Positions 48,485-61,900 of a DNA stretch of 64,000 bases are shown here, piece after piece (position 1 is the stretch's first letter; each line of letters begins with the position of its first letter). A model generated the notes under the pieces. The model saw only the letters and a program-made list of their open reading frames with translations, had not been told where the DNA came from and made no database searches. The translations under genes were made by a program, and so were the position numbers. Origin of the DNA: Cyanophora paradoxa CCMP329 (Eukaryota; Plantae; Glaucophyta); NCBI GenBank assembly GCA_004431415.1, contig QPMI01000017.1, positions 620,001-684,000 on the forward strand, in the 5' to 3' direction.

Positions 48485-51400
48485 ATGAGTAGACAGGACG
48501 AGCGTGACTTCCTGCAGGTGCGCCACTGCGCCTGTGCCCCACGCAGAGGCTCCGAGTGGGTCAGGCATCCGAATCCTTTCCCACATGAACTTACGCGCTC
48601 TCCTCTCAGGCGATCGAGGCAGTGTTCGTCGCGATCCTCGATGCCACGAAAGACGTGCTCTGTTTCCTTCTGGTGCTCGTCGCCGCAGTCGTCCCGTGGC
48701 GGACAATCCGTTCGTTCCCGTCCCGCTCCGCCGCCGCGCCGTGCCGCGAGCCCGCGGTCCTAGCTTCGAAGTATCTTTAAGTGCCGCCGGGCAAGCGGTC
48801 CGTCCCGCTCTGACGGGGCGGCCGCGCGCGCGCTGCAGAGGTCTTCGCGTCAGCTTTCGGGGCGCCCAGCCGGCAGGAGTACCGGAAGCGGGCGGTCTGG
48901 CTCTGCCTCTACTCCCTCTTCGACGTGCTGGCCGTGCCCGCGGGCGTCCTCGCGTTCCTCTGCCCCTGGCGCACCGCCCAGGCCGCCCGCGCCGTCCGCA
49001 AGCTCCTCGCCAAGGCGCCCCCCGCCAACGACGACGACGTGGACAAGGACTGCCGCTACAACTGGAAGCTACGCTTCCTCTTCCTAGTCCAGTTCTTCGC
49101 CGCCCTCTTCGACGTGAGCGCGCCCCGCCCCGCCCCGCCCCGCGCCCCGCCATGCCCTCCTCGCGCCCACCGCCGGGCAGGGCCCCATCATCCTCTCTTC
49201 GCTCTTCATTCTGCTCATACCCTGGCGCACCGGCCCCTTCATCCGATGCGTCCGAAACGTGCGCCCTGTACCCCCCAGCGCCCCCGCCCCCGCCTGCCCC
49301 GCTGAGCGCCCTGCTTCGCAGAAGTGGGATGAGGAGTGGGACGGCACATGGTCCTGCTACAGCATGTCCCTCCGGTGCACCCTCCCCCTCGCTCACCGCA
49401 TGCCCGTACCCCTCGGCTCACCCCGCCCCCCCCTCCCCCTCCCCCCCTCCCCCCTCCCCCCTCCCCTCCCCCCCCCCCCCCCCCAGCCTGTCGGCGGTGC
49501 GGCAGGTGTTCCTGGCGCTGGCGGACGTGCCCCTGCTGCTCCTGGGGCTGCTGCCGCTGGCGGTGCCGTGGCGGGCGTACCAGGCCTTCCGCGTGTACCG
49601 GCACCGCCTCGCGCAGCCGGAGGAGGGCGAGGGCGGCTGGTGGAGCGTGAGGGAGGACCCGTACTACAACGCCCCCTCCGCCGCTCCGCCGCCCTCCAGG
49701 CCGCCGTCGTCGCCATCGGTGCGCCCCTTCCCCCCCCCCCTCCCCCCTCCCCTCCCCCCTCCCCCCCTCCCCCCCCCCCCCCACACCGCTCATCGGCCCA
49801 CCCTCCCTTGGGCCAGACGTCGTCGCGGTGCCGGCGGGGCTGCTGGCGCTGCTCTCGGGGTGGCGCACCGCCCCCTTCATCGCCTCCATCCTCAACTGCG
49901 ACCAGAACGCCGAGCTCTACTCCGAGGGTCGGCGTACCCCCGCCCGCCCCGCCCCCTCACCCCTCACCCCCTCCCAATTGCTCACCCCCCCCCTTCCCCC
50001 CCCCCCCCCCCCACCGAAGACCGGCCCCAGGACGAACGCTTCAACGGCGAGCTGCGCTGGGAGGCCCTCGTCCACGTGCGTACCCCCCTCCCCTCCCAAA
50101 CTGGCCCGTCCGGGCCGGCCCCGATCGACGGCGGCCGCAGTTCCTGTGGCTCTTTGTGGACGTCGTGCCGGTCCTCTGCGCCCTCGTCTGCCTCGCCACG
50201 GGAATCCGCGCCGGCCCCCTCATCGCCGAGCTCGCCCACGTGCGTACCTCTCCCCCCCACCCCCACCCCCACCCCACCCCCACCTTTAACGCTCGTCGGC
50301 AGCACTGGCGGTCGCTGGACTCGGAAGAGCGGCGGCGGATGGTGGAGAGGCACGGGCACCGCATCGCCGCCAAGAACTTCGCGCAGCTCCTCCTCGACCT
50401 AGCCCTTCTCCTCCAGGTGCGAGGGCGCGGCCCCGGCCCCCCTCGGGCGCCCCCGCCCCCGCCCCGCCCCGCGCCGTCCCGCGCCTCACCCTCTTTCTTC
50501 CAGGCCGCCCTCCTCCTGGTCACCCTCTGGCGCTTCTACGCCTTCGCCGTCGAGCTCTACGCGCTCTGGTCCTCCAAGGCGCCCCCGTACCCCTCCCCGT
50601 CTGCCCCCCTCCCCCCGCCTGAGCGGCGCGCCAGACGTGGGAGGAGCGGCTGCGGATCCAGTTCGAGTTCGACGCCCTCGCGATCGCCTCCAAGCAGGCG
50701 AGCGCGCGAACGTTCGCCTCCCCGCCTCCCCGCCATAAACGAACGCTCGCCCGGCAGGTGGGCGTGCTGGCGCTGGACGTGGCGTTCCTCCCTATGGCCC
50801 TCCTCGTCTTCGCGACGGCGTGGCGCGCCCCCGCCCTCCTCGCCGCGTACCGGGCGGCGGCGAGCCCGCTGGACAAGCGGCTGGCGTGCGTGAAGCAGTT
50901 CCTCTGGCTCCTCGTCGACGTCCCCTTCGCGCTCCTCTACCTCGCCACCCTCGCCATGCTCTGGCGCGCCTGGCCCTGCTCCCGCGAGCTGGCCCCGCAC
51001 TGGCGCCGCGAGGGCGGGCCCTCCTGGGACGCCCGCCTCGTCGTCCTCGAGGCGCGCGCTTTCCGCCGCCCCTCCCTCCCTCCCTCCCTCGCTTCGCGGC
51101 TCACGCGCCCCCGCAGCACTTCTTCCTGACCTTCTGGGACGTCCCCTTCATCCTGATGGCCGGCGTCGTCTTCTGCACCCTCTGGCGCGCCCTGCCCCTC
51201 GGCCAGGTCGTCTTCGACCGGGTGCGCTCTCTTTTCCCCCGTCCAATTTCCGCCGCGTACCCCCCTCACACCGCTCCGGAGGGCAGGAGTCCTCGTCGTA
51301 CTGGAACCGGCGGGCCTCGTTCGAGCAGTTCGCGCTGCTCCTCAGGGACCTGGCCGCCGCCGCCCTCCTCCTCCCCTTCGTCCTCCTCACCGTCTACCGC

Positions 51401-54400
51401 GTCCCCTCGTTCCTCTTCACGCTCCTCAAGGGCGGCCGCCGCGCCGTGGACGAGCCCCTCCTCGTGCCCCGCGAGTCCCTCTCGGTCTCTCTCCGCGGGC
51501 CCGACTCGGGCGGGGTCGAGATGCACGTCGCCATCCGCGGGCCCTCCGCCGCCGGCCTCGCGGAGCGCCTGCGGGGGCCCAGCCCGCCCCGGCTGGCGCT
51601 GCACGTGCAGGGCGACGGCTTTTGGGAGCGCGCGGTGGCGGCCATGGGCGCCGCCGGCGTCGCCATCGTCCGCGGCATGCTTCCCCTCGTCGTCCGGCCC
51701 CCCGAGCAGGCCTGGCCCTTCTCATTCCCCTTAGGCTCGAGGCTCACGCCCGGACAGGTGTCGGTGGTGTCGAGCGCGGATGAGGGGGAGGGCGGGGAGC
51801 CGCCGGGCGTGACCGTCCGCATCGTGCTGCACGCCTCCTTCAAGCGCCGCGTCCTCGGCAAGGCGCGTCGTGGCGTGCGCTCAGCGCCGCGCCCTCCGCG
51901 GCTGACGGGGCCGTGCCGTGCGGGGGCAGATCTTCCGTAAGATCGTGCGGGTGGCGGGGGACGAGACGCTGGAGTTCGTGGCCGAGATCGAGGGCCCCGC
52001 CGGCACCGAGGGCGCCCTCTTCCTCCTCCCCGCCGCCGCCTCCAAGGCCCGCCCGCCCCGCCGCGTACCCCCACCCCGCTCACGCGAGGAACGACGCAGA
52101 TCGCCGAGTCCATCGAGAAGAACCTCCCCATCGAGACGACGGTGCCCGAAACACGTCCTACCCCAATCCCTCCCCCACCTTCTGAGGCGGGGGCCAGGGG
52201 GAGCGGCCGGCGGTGGTGGAGCGGGCGGCGCGGCTGCAGGACCGGCTCTTCCCCGCCACCCTCCGCGAGCTCCTCGTCATCGCCCAGGACGCCTGGGCCG
52301 CCCTCAAGGTCCCCGGCTTCTGTACCCCCTCTCCCGCTCTATATTTAGCGTTGGCAGGTGCTCGGGGTGCTCGGGCTCGCGGCCCTCACGCACCTCGCCC
52401 CCTGGCGCGCCCTCGGCATGTACATCGCCCTCCTCGAGGTGGGACCTACCCCCCTCGCCCTCCAACCCACCCCATCCCCCCGCTCACTTCGCTGGCAGCC
52501 GGTGGAGCGCTTCCCGAAGCGGGTGTGCGTGTCGCTGCTGGGGCGGTGGGCGACGGTGCAGCGGGAGGACCTCGCCCGCTTCGGCGCCGAAACCGAGGCC
52601 GCCCTCGCCGCCCGCCTCAAGGCGCGCCGTACCCCGCTCTCGTTCGTTGCTCGCTCGCGCCTGACGGCGGCGGCGGCGGCGGCGGGGCCTGTAGGAGGCG
52701 GCGGCGGGGGAGGGCGCGGGCGGGGGCCCGGACCCGTGGGCCCCCGGGGGCAACGAGCTGGCGGCCGAGCGCGCCCTCCGCGAGGCCTGCGACACCTTCC
52801 ACCGGTGCGGCCTAAGGCTTAAGGCTCTCCGCCCGGGCGCCCAGGTCCCGACCGAGCGCTTTCTGCCGCGCGCCGCAGGGCGGAGAAGGGGAGCCGCGCG
52901 TGGCGGCGCGCCCTCGTGCACACGCGCCTCGCCACGCGGCTCCTCGACGGGGCCGGCGAGCCGGGCCGCCGCGCCAAGGCGCTGATGGCCGAGGAGTGGG
53001 GCCTCTGGAACGGGCGCCGCCTGGCGGCCTACGAGCACGCGCAGGCCGAGGCCTTCGTCGCCACGGCGGCGGCCGCCGACTGGGAGGAGGCGGGGGAGGT
53101 CCCCCTCGCGGGCGCGCTGCCGCTGCTGCGGGCCGAGGCGGCGGCGGCCCGGGCGGAGAACCTGGGGTCCCTCGCCGAGTGCGTGGGGCGGGTGGACGGG
53201 GAGAAGGCGCGGCTGGAGGGCGAGCTGCGGGGCCCCTGGAACGGCCCCTGCGGCCTCTTCCGGCGGCCCTGGCGCGAGACCCGCAAGGTCATCTTCGGCT
53301 CCTTCGCCGAGGCCGCCCAGGCGCGCCCGCGTACCCCCCTGCCTCATCTTCCCCCCCCCGTCTCCTTATTCCTCTACCCCCCCCCTCGCAGGATTTGATC
53401 GCGATCTTCTTCCTCGCGCTGCTCGTGGCGACCGTCTACCGCCTCGTCCTCGCCGTCCGCGACTTTTTCGCGGTACCCCCCTCCCTCTTCGTCCCCACCC
53501 CATCATCTTACCCCTCGGGCAGGCGCGGGGGGCGGTGCGGAAGCGGGGGGCGCTGCAGGCGCAGGTCCGTGAGGTCGCCCTCGACCTCCTCTACCTCCTC
53601 AAGGCCCGTACCCCGCCCCTTTCCTCGCTCTCTGTTTTCTTCTCTTTTTAACACTCGCCGCAGTCGCTGCTGGTGCTGGTCCTCCTCTACCGCTCCCTCG
53701 ACTTCCTCGCGGAAGTCACCCAGGCGCGCGTCATTTCATCCCTTACTTTTAGCGATCCTTGCGCCTGAAGCTCGCTCGCGGGGAGCAGGAGGGCCTGGCG
53801 CGGGGCAGCGCGGCGGGGTGCCGGGGGGTGGTGGACCGCTACCTGCGGGCGATGGCGCGGGACCTGGGCCGCCTCTGGCAGCTCCTCACCCTCTGGGACC
53901 TCTACCGCGTCCTCGTCTCCGCCGCCCTCTGGGGCGTCCTCATGCCCATGGAGGCGTTGACTGAGGCCCGCCCGCCCCCGCGCCCCCCGCCCCGCCCCGT
54001 CCCGCCCCGCCCCTCCTCCTCTTAGCGTTTCCCCAGGTCTCCTCCGTGCTATTCTGCGGGATGAGCCGCCGCAACGCCATCCCCCACTCCGCCCTCGTGC
54101 GACGATCTCTGCCACCGATCCCTCCGAGTCGGGCCGACCCGATTCCCCGCAGGTCTACCTCGCGATGCTCGGCATCGCGGTGGCGATCCCCTGGGGCGTC
54201 CTCCCCGCCTCGTACCCGGGGCAGGCGGCCCTGGCCGGCGTGCCCGCCCTCGTGGGCCTCTCGGCGGCCTGCGTGGCGCTCGCGGGCCTGGCGGACCGCG
54301 AGCTGCGGCCCGTGGCGGACCCCTCGCCCCGCGTCCGCTGGACCGCCGCCAACGCCCGCGCCGCCCTCGGCCTCCTCGTCGAGTTTGCCCAGGTACGGAC

Positions 54401-57400
54401 CGCACCGTTTTGCTTTGGACGGCCGCGCGCCGCTCACGGGCGGCGGCGGCGGCAGGGCTGCGCGATGCCGGTGCTGCTGGTGGGCGGGGCGGCGCTGGTG
54501 CCGGCGGAGCTCGCCTCGGGCCTGGGACGCGGCATTGACGCCGCCGCCTCCATCCCCTTCTTCTCCTTCGGGGACGGCCACGAGTTCTCCCGGGGCCTGC
54601 CCCTCGCCCCCTTCTTCGCCGCAGTGGTCGCCCTCGGCGCCTGGTACTTCCTCGCCGCCGCCCCCGTCGTCGTCGAGACGCTCCTCAAGCTCGCCCCGCC
54701 CGGCGCCGTCGCCCGCTCGCCGGCCTGGCTCGCCGCCGTCACCTTCTTCGCGGACCCCTTCCTGCTGACCCTCGCCGGCAACCTCGCCAAGCCGCTCGGC
54801 TGCGCCCCGGACGCGGCCGGCCTCCTCCGCCTCGCCGCCGACCCGCGCGTGGCGTGCTGGACGGACCTGACGCACCGGCGCATGGCGGCCGGCGCGGCGG
54901 CCGCGCTCCTCTTCCTCGCGCTCACGCTCGTCGTGCTCGTCACGCGCGCGGGGCGCGACGGGCGGTCCGACGACGACTGCGACCTGCGCCTCGCCCCCGC
55001 CTTCCTCGCGACCACCGCCGGCGCCAAGACCCTCCTCGCCACCGTCGCCTTCGCCTTCGTCGAGGGCCCCCGCCTCACCTCCACGCTGGGCTTCCTCGCG
55101 GCGGGCTACGCGGCGCTCTCCGTCTTCTCCCTCGCGTACGGGCGGGCGGCCGGCGCCCCCGCCGCCTCGCCGCCCTGGCTCGCCCATGCCAAGGCCGCCT
55201 CGTACGCCGGCTCGGCGTGGATCGCCGCCGTCTGCCTCGTGGCGACGCGCGGGATCGAGCCCGGATGGTACCTCCTCGCCATGCTCCTCGTCGGCTGGGG
55301 CGTCCTCGCCCTCGCCGCCCTCCTCGCCGCCTGCCTCGCCCGCTTCCGCGGCGGCGGCGCCGCCGCCCGTACCCCCGCCGACGACGGTGCGCGCCGCTGC
55401 GCCCGCGGCCCTCCGGCCCTTTCTGACGCGCCCCGCCCGCCCCGCCCCCGGGATTGCAGTGGCGGAGGCGATGCTGGCGCTCGAGGAGCGGCTCTGGATT
55501 GGGCGCGGGGAGCCGGCGGGCCCCGCCCCGCCCCCGCCCTCCCCTTCCTCCCGCCCGCCCCCCGGCCTCGCTCCTCCAGCCCGGCTGGGCCGCCAGGCGC
55601 GGCGCCTGGCGGCGAGTCGTGGGCGAGGTGCGGCGGCGGAGACGCTCGCGCGGGAGCTCGCGGCGCTCGAGGAGGCCGTTGCCTTCGAGGCGGCGGGGCT
55701 CGCCTGGTGGCGCCGCGGGCGCGGCCTGTGGCGCGCCTGCCTCCTCGGGCGCCACGGGGCTGGCAAGGGCGTGGGCGATGGCGGGGGCGAGGCGCCGGCG
55801 ACGGCGGCCGCGCTCCTGCCGCTCGTGCGGGAGCTCGACGCGGGGCTCCTCGCCCCGGCCGTCGGCGGCGCCGCCGAGGGAGAGGAGGCGTGGGGGACGA
55901 GGAGGATCGGCCCCTCTCCGCCCGCAGCGCGGCCAGCAAGGCCGGCGGCTGCGGCGAGGGCGCCTCCGTGTCGGCCCGCGGGCGCGCGAGCGTCGAGGGA
56001 TCTCGCGGGGCGCAGGGAGGTCGCCCCGGCCTCGGCCCGCGCCCAGCGGAGCAGCCTCGAGACGGAGGTCCTCGCCAGCACCGGCGCCGCCGTCGCCGCG
56101 CCCCGCCGCCGACGACGACGGCGAACGCGGCGAAGGCAGCGGCGGAGGAGGCGGAGCGGAAGCGGCGCGGGTGGGCGGTGCTGCAGGCCGCCGACGCCAG
56201 CGACGCCCGCCTCGACGGGCCGCGCTTCCTGCCCGGCGCCGGCGGGGCCGCCTGGGGCCGCCGCGACGAGCCGGCGGCCGTGGGGCGCCTCACCGCGCAC
56301 CGCTACGAGTCGTGGGTCAACGTCGCAGGGCACCGCCTCTCAGTGCCCCTATCCTTCCGCGCCCTCGTCGAGCTCCCCGCCCCGCCGCCCCGTCCGCCGC
56401 CGCCCCCGCCGGCCCCGGCGAGCCGCCCCCGCGCTTCGTGCTCGAGGTCAGCTACGACGACTCGAAGGCGGCGCGGGCGGAGCTGCCGGCGGCGCCGGGG
56501 GGCAGCCCCTCGCCTTCGCCGCCTCCCTCCTCGTGCCCCTCCGCTCGGGCGCGTACCGCCGCCTCCGCCTCGACCCCGCGCCCTGCCACGAGGAGGAGGC
56601 CCCGGCCCCGGCCCCGCCCCGCCCCCGCCCGCGGCCCTCGCACCCCCGGCGCCGGCGCAGGCGGAGAAGGGGCGGCGTCGGCGCCGGCCTCGGCGCGGGC
56701 GAGCGGGGAGGGCGAGCCCGTCGGACCGGCCGCGGCGAAGGCCCCGCGGAGGGGCATCTTCGGGGCCCCGCGGGAGGAGCCGCACTGGCGCTCCGCCCTC
56801 TTCGAGGTCCCCGCGGGGGCCCTGCCCCCGCCCCCGCCGCGCCGGCGGCCCCCGCCGGGGGCGTCGTGGCCGGGCCCGAGCTGCTCGCGGGCCTTCTCCG
56901 CGCCGGGAGCGTCGCGGAAGGCGGCGGGGCGGAAGGGGATCCCGAGGAGCCGACGGCGGGGAGGCCGTACCTCGCCGAGCTCGCGGTGAGGGACGAGCAG
57001 CACGCGGCGTGGCTCGCCGCCGGCGCGGCCGGCGCCGCCGCCCCCGGCTCGAGCACGGCGGGGGCGGCCCGCTGGACCGCCCACTTCGCGCTGCACCTGC
57101 GCTCCCTGCGCCTCGCCGGCGCGGAGGAGGCGGAGGCGGAGGCGGAGCGGCGGCGGGCGGAGCACCTCATCGAGGTCCGCGTGCCGAGCCCGCGGCGGCC
57201 CTCCGGCGAGTCTGCCCGGGCCTCCGCGGAGCCCGAGGCCGAGGCGGCGGATGCGGGGCCGGCGCCGCCCACGCCGGCCGCGGCGGCGGGGCCGGCAGAA
57301 GAGGAGCCCGAGGGGGTACCCGAGGAGCCCGCAAAGGCGGACGTCGACAGTGGGGCGGCGGGGCGCGGGTCGCCGCGTGAGGAGCCGAGCCTCCCCGCCG

Positions 57401-57504
57401 CCTCTCCGCGCTCCCCGGCGGCCGCGCCCGCCGAGGCCGACCCCGAGGAGGCCCTGGCGGGCGCCCCGCGCGCCAAGCTGCCGGGGGAGGCCACGTCGCC
57501 CTAG
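48485..57504 (+). CDS. Large polytopic membrane protein with tandem D-x(~15)-[WY]R hydrophobic repeats and a C-terminal multi-TM module
   Basis: Many short exons each carry a hydrophobic segment (e.g. DVLAVPAGVLAFLCPWR, DVPFILMAGVVFCTLWR). 54450-55345 contains about 7 TM segments with LGC...LAADPRVACW...H. Stop at 57504. Confidence 0.7.
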
Positions 57505-58975
57505 CGCGGAACTAGTGTGCCCTCGCCAGAGAGCGAGACCTAGATTGAATTATTACAGATCTAGTACTTTAGTCTGGCTGCGTGTTTCTTCGGTTGATTC
57601 GCTTTGCTTTGTTCGGTCGCCTGTTTCACTAGGCTCTCTATAGCTATGTAACCTTAAGCTTGGCTTATCGATATCTGGCTACGTCTACTAGTATCGATCA
57701 GGGCCGCTACGTTTACGTCTGAAGAGCCTCGAGCTCGATGCGGAGGGGAAGAGAACGCTGAACGAAAGAACGGGTGGCTGAAAGAAAGAACTGGTGGCTG
57801 AAAAGTTTTAAAAAGTTTTAAATAATTATAAAGAGCTCGAGGATGGGGATCCCCGGAGGGCGACATGTTCATTGAACCGATGAGGACGAGGGCTGGGGTG
57901 AAGAATGCCAGCACAAAAAGGCGGAGCCAGTGCATGAAATATTAATAGCTCAGATATAAATGAATGAATAATTGCAAGGGGGAGGCCTATAGCCAGGCCT
58001 CAGGGCCTGAGGGGACGGGGGGGAGGGAGGGGAACTCCGGAAGGCAGGGGGGGAGGGAGGGGGGTACCGGTGCGGGGAGGGGGAGCGGGGGAGGGGCGGG
58101 GGAAGTGGCGTGGGGGCAGCGAGGCGGGCCGGGGCCCGGATCTGATCATGACGGTCCATTTTTCCTGGGAGGTTCGAATCGAAGGCCTAGGGGTTAGGTG
58201 CCGCTAGCGCTAGGCGCCGCTAGCGCTAGCCGTCGACCTGCGATCGCCCATGCCTCGGCCCGGCCGGCGCCGCGCCGGCGCCGGCGCCGGCGCTCCGGCC
58301 GGCGCCGGTGCGGCGCTGCGCCCGGCGCCCGGCTAGCGCTAGCGCTCGCGAGTCGCGATCGCGATCGAGCGCTAGCGCCAGATCGAGCGCTAGCGCTGGC
58401 GCTAGCGCTAGCGATCGCGATGGTCGGATCCGGCTCGCGATCGATCTAGGGGGTAGAGGCTCGCGATCGCAAGAAAAACCAGCTGCAGGCTGAGAGGAAG
58501 GCAGCTGCAGCTGTAGCCTGCAGGCAGCACATGATCGTGAACAGAGAAGGCGCGGTGGCAGGTGGGTGACGCGCTGTCGGCATCTAGCTTGCTAGTACGT
58601 AGACGGCGCCCGGCCGCGGCGCGCGCGCGCGAGCTTCCGATCGTCGGTACCGATCCGATCATCCGATCGGACGCTGTGTACGCTTCGGAAGCCTCACAGC
58701 TTCAGCTTCGGGTGCTCTGAGGTGCGCCCCCCGGCTCCCGCGCGCGGCCGCGGCCGGCCGCGCGCGCGCCCTCTCTCAAGCTTCAAGCGATCCGATCTTC
58801 GAGCTCCGAGCCCGAGGATCGCTCGCAGCGCCGAGCTCGAGCTCGAGGCCCCTAATCTACGCTGCATGCGCATGCGCAGATCGAGACCGACCCGCGGCCG
58901 CGGCCGGCCCGGCCCGGCGGCCCTGCAGCTGCTGATAGCTGTACACGTCTGCCATCGATATCGGGCCTATAGCTA

Positions 58976-61900
58976 GGAGCTCCCGGACGCGATGCTGAAC
59001 AGGCCCCGCGGCCGCTCGGGTGCGCATATGCATGCGCCCCGAATCCACGAGCTCGAGCCTTGCAATATTACAAGTAATTGGCCCATGGCCATATGCATAT
59101 CGATCGGATTCCGGCCGACAGAGAACGCGGGGGAGCCCTTCGACGCGGCGCTGCAGCGCGGCGAGCTGCCGGCCATGGGCGCCTCGCGATCGGCGGGCCC
59201 TGGCCCGATCGTCGAAGCCGTCCTCGAGGAGGTACCGGTGCGCGTGCCTCCTTGAAATCACGTCGCACAGCCCGGCCTGACGAGGAGGCCATGGCCAGCA
59301 GCACGCGTACGGCGCTGATTCGCTCACGGGGGAAGAAGGGACCGCCAAGGTCAAGGAAGAGCCGGCGTTGTCGGAGCACGGAGACGAGCCCAGTCACGCG
59401 GACGATGCCGCGCATTCGGAGCCTGATCAAGAGCAAGAGCAGGGCTCGGATCCGGAGGCGGCGATCCGACTGCAAGAGCTCAAGGAGGAGGAGGAGGAGG
59501 AGGACGAGGGGCTCGATGCAGAGAAGCTAGCGCTGCAGGACTCGAACGATGAAGACGATCACGAGTCGGGATCCGCGCCGTTTCTGCAGGGGATTTTCCG
59601 GCAAGCGAAGAGATTTGCGGGATCGTTCGTCTGGCGTCAGACGCAGGTGCGTCCTATTCCCCCTGTACATGTATTGTCCGACTAAACAATAATGCCAAGC
59701 TTGGCGCGGCAGGTCTTCACGCTCAGTGGTTCAACACGGGAGGTGAGCTGCAGCTGCCCATTCAGTCAATTTCAGTTCACAATCAACCTGCTCACTCCGT
59801 CGCTGCAGGAAGCGGCCCGCATCCGCGATCGCTGCATCGTGGCATGTCAGGAGCTCGATCTGTTGGCGGGTGTCCCGCGTAAGGCTCGCATCTCTGACGA
59901 CCGGTTGTCGTACCCGCGCTCAGGTTCTTTCCCGTTAGCCTCCAGCAGCAGCTTTAAATTTCGTCAGTGGTTTTTGACCCATCGCAGAGTACAAGAACAA
60001 GCGTTTCGTTGCGGCGATCCGACGCGGGGAGCTGCAGCTGCCGAATGCTGCAGCTGCCTCCAATTGCAAGTCTGGTGCTCGGGATGTTCGTGCCAATTTC
60101 CGAGTCGTCCGCGCATTTCTCGAAAAGTTCGAGGCGGCTCAGCTGGACTCGAGCGACGGTGAGCGACCTTCTTAAATTATGAGAAGCATGATCATGAAAT
60201 AGATGAATTATTCAACGTTAACTGAATGCTGCGAGTGCAGAGGATGCCATTACAGAATTCGAAGAGCCGGAGGACAATTCTGGGAAGGGCGTCGATGAAG
60301 ATGAAGAAGAGGTATATACGTAGTGCAAACGAATTATAAATAAGACGCGTACACATCCTATCGATATCCTCGGTCTTGGACCACGAAATAAAAGCTGAAA
60401 CCATTTTTTGAAAGGAGATTCGCGATCGAAGCAAGCCGCGGGGAGTGTACATGAGCGTCAAAGGCAGGAATTTTTCGGGCTCGTTCACGTGGCATCGGAA
60501 GATGGCGCGCCGCTCCCCTCCGCGATAATCGATATCAATAAAAACTCATGATCACGGAACGCTCGCAGGTCCATGCGGGAGTGGCGCCTACTCGAGAGGT
60601 AAGACATTTCAGTTCGAAATTCTTCCAGCCTGGACTTTCCGCTCATCATCGCTGCATCACCCGGCTCCTTTGTCGCTGCAGGAAGCGGTCCGCATCCGCG
60701 ATCGCTGCATTGTGGCGTGCCAGGAGCTCGACTTGTTGGCGGGTACACCTCCCGAGACTTGCATCCCTGACGACGCGTTGTCGTACCCGCGCTCAGGTTG
60801 TTTCCTTTCACACCCCCGTTCGAATTCGCGGCTTTCATCGCTGTTGCTGAACCCGCGGCAGAGTACGAGAACGAGCCTTTTGTTGCGGCTATTCGGCGCG
60901 GGGAGTTGAAGCTGCCAGCTGCTTCCTATGCTTATCACAAGCATCTTTCAGACATGCGGGCTGTCCGTGCTTTCGTTGCAAGATTCAGTGCGGCTCATCA
61001 GGATATGCCCGAAGGTCAGTAATCTATCAAAAGTAACGAGCTATAGCGAGCTTCTATTTGAAATATGCGATCGTGAGTGCAGAGGCTGACGTTGTGGACG
61101 AGGCGGAGGACGAGGGAGAGAATGACGCCGACGGAGAAGAAGAAGCCAACTCGAAGCGCCAGCTGCAGGTGACGCCGGCTTGCAATCGGCGCCCGCAACT
61201 GAAGTTGGAGGGCTCGATCTAAATTTTGGGAATGGAAGGCGCAGAAGAAGGCAGCGCCCAACCAGCTCAAGCTCCAGGCCAAGGCAAGCGGAGATTCGGT
61301 GAGGGGCGTGTACGCCCAAAGCAAAGGAAGCCGCGGCCGCTTTGCGGGCTGCTTTCAGTGGCATCGGAAACAGGTGCGCGTTACAGTTTTCCTACGTTGA
61401 CGTCGACTGAGCCCATCGATTTGAATCCTGCCATTGCAATTGCATGCAGGTTTGGGCGTCTGGTGGTTCTTCTCGGGAGGTCAGCCAATCATTCATTGAT
61501 TCGGAATTTTTAAAGCTGCATCCGATCCGATCCGGATTCCGGATTCCGATCCGATCCATCGCTGCATGCGCAGGAAGCGGCTCGCAACCGCGATTTCTGC
61601 ATCGTGGCGTGCCAGGAACTCGACCTGTTGGCGGGCACACCGCCGGAGACTCACATCCCTGACGACGCTTTGTCGTACCCGCGCTCAGGTTCTTTCTGTT
61701 CACACCTCCAGCCGCGGCTTTCGTTGCTGTTGCCGAACCCGCCACAGAGTACGAAAGCGAGCCTTTCGTTGCGGCCATTCGGCGCGGCGAGCTGCAGCTG
61801 CCGTCTGCTGCGTCCGGAGCTCCTTGGGACATTGCTGCTGCGATTCAGAATATCCGTGCTTTCGTTGCAGAGTTTGGGGCGGCTCATGAACAGCCAGATA

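Noticed and set aside
49420-50015. Poly-C tracts as regulatory G-quadruplex elements (also 7441, 20761, 26850)
   Set aside because: They are mostly intronic C-rich tracts typical of this genome, and their lengths are unreliable in long-read assemblies.
54165-57380. Very long single ORFs (e.g. 1071 aa here, 903 aa at 8595, 830 aa at 1212) as intronless genes
   Set aside because: Extreme GC content suppresses stop codons; these ORFs read through introns and change from sensible protein to R/P/A/G-rich shadow sequence.
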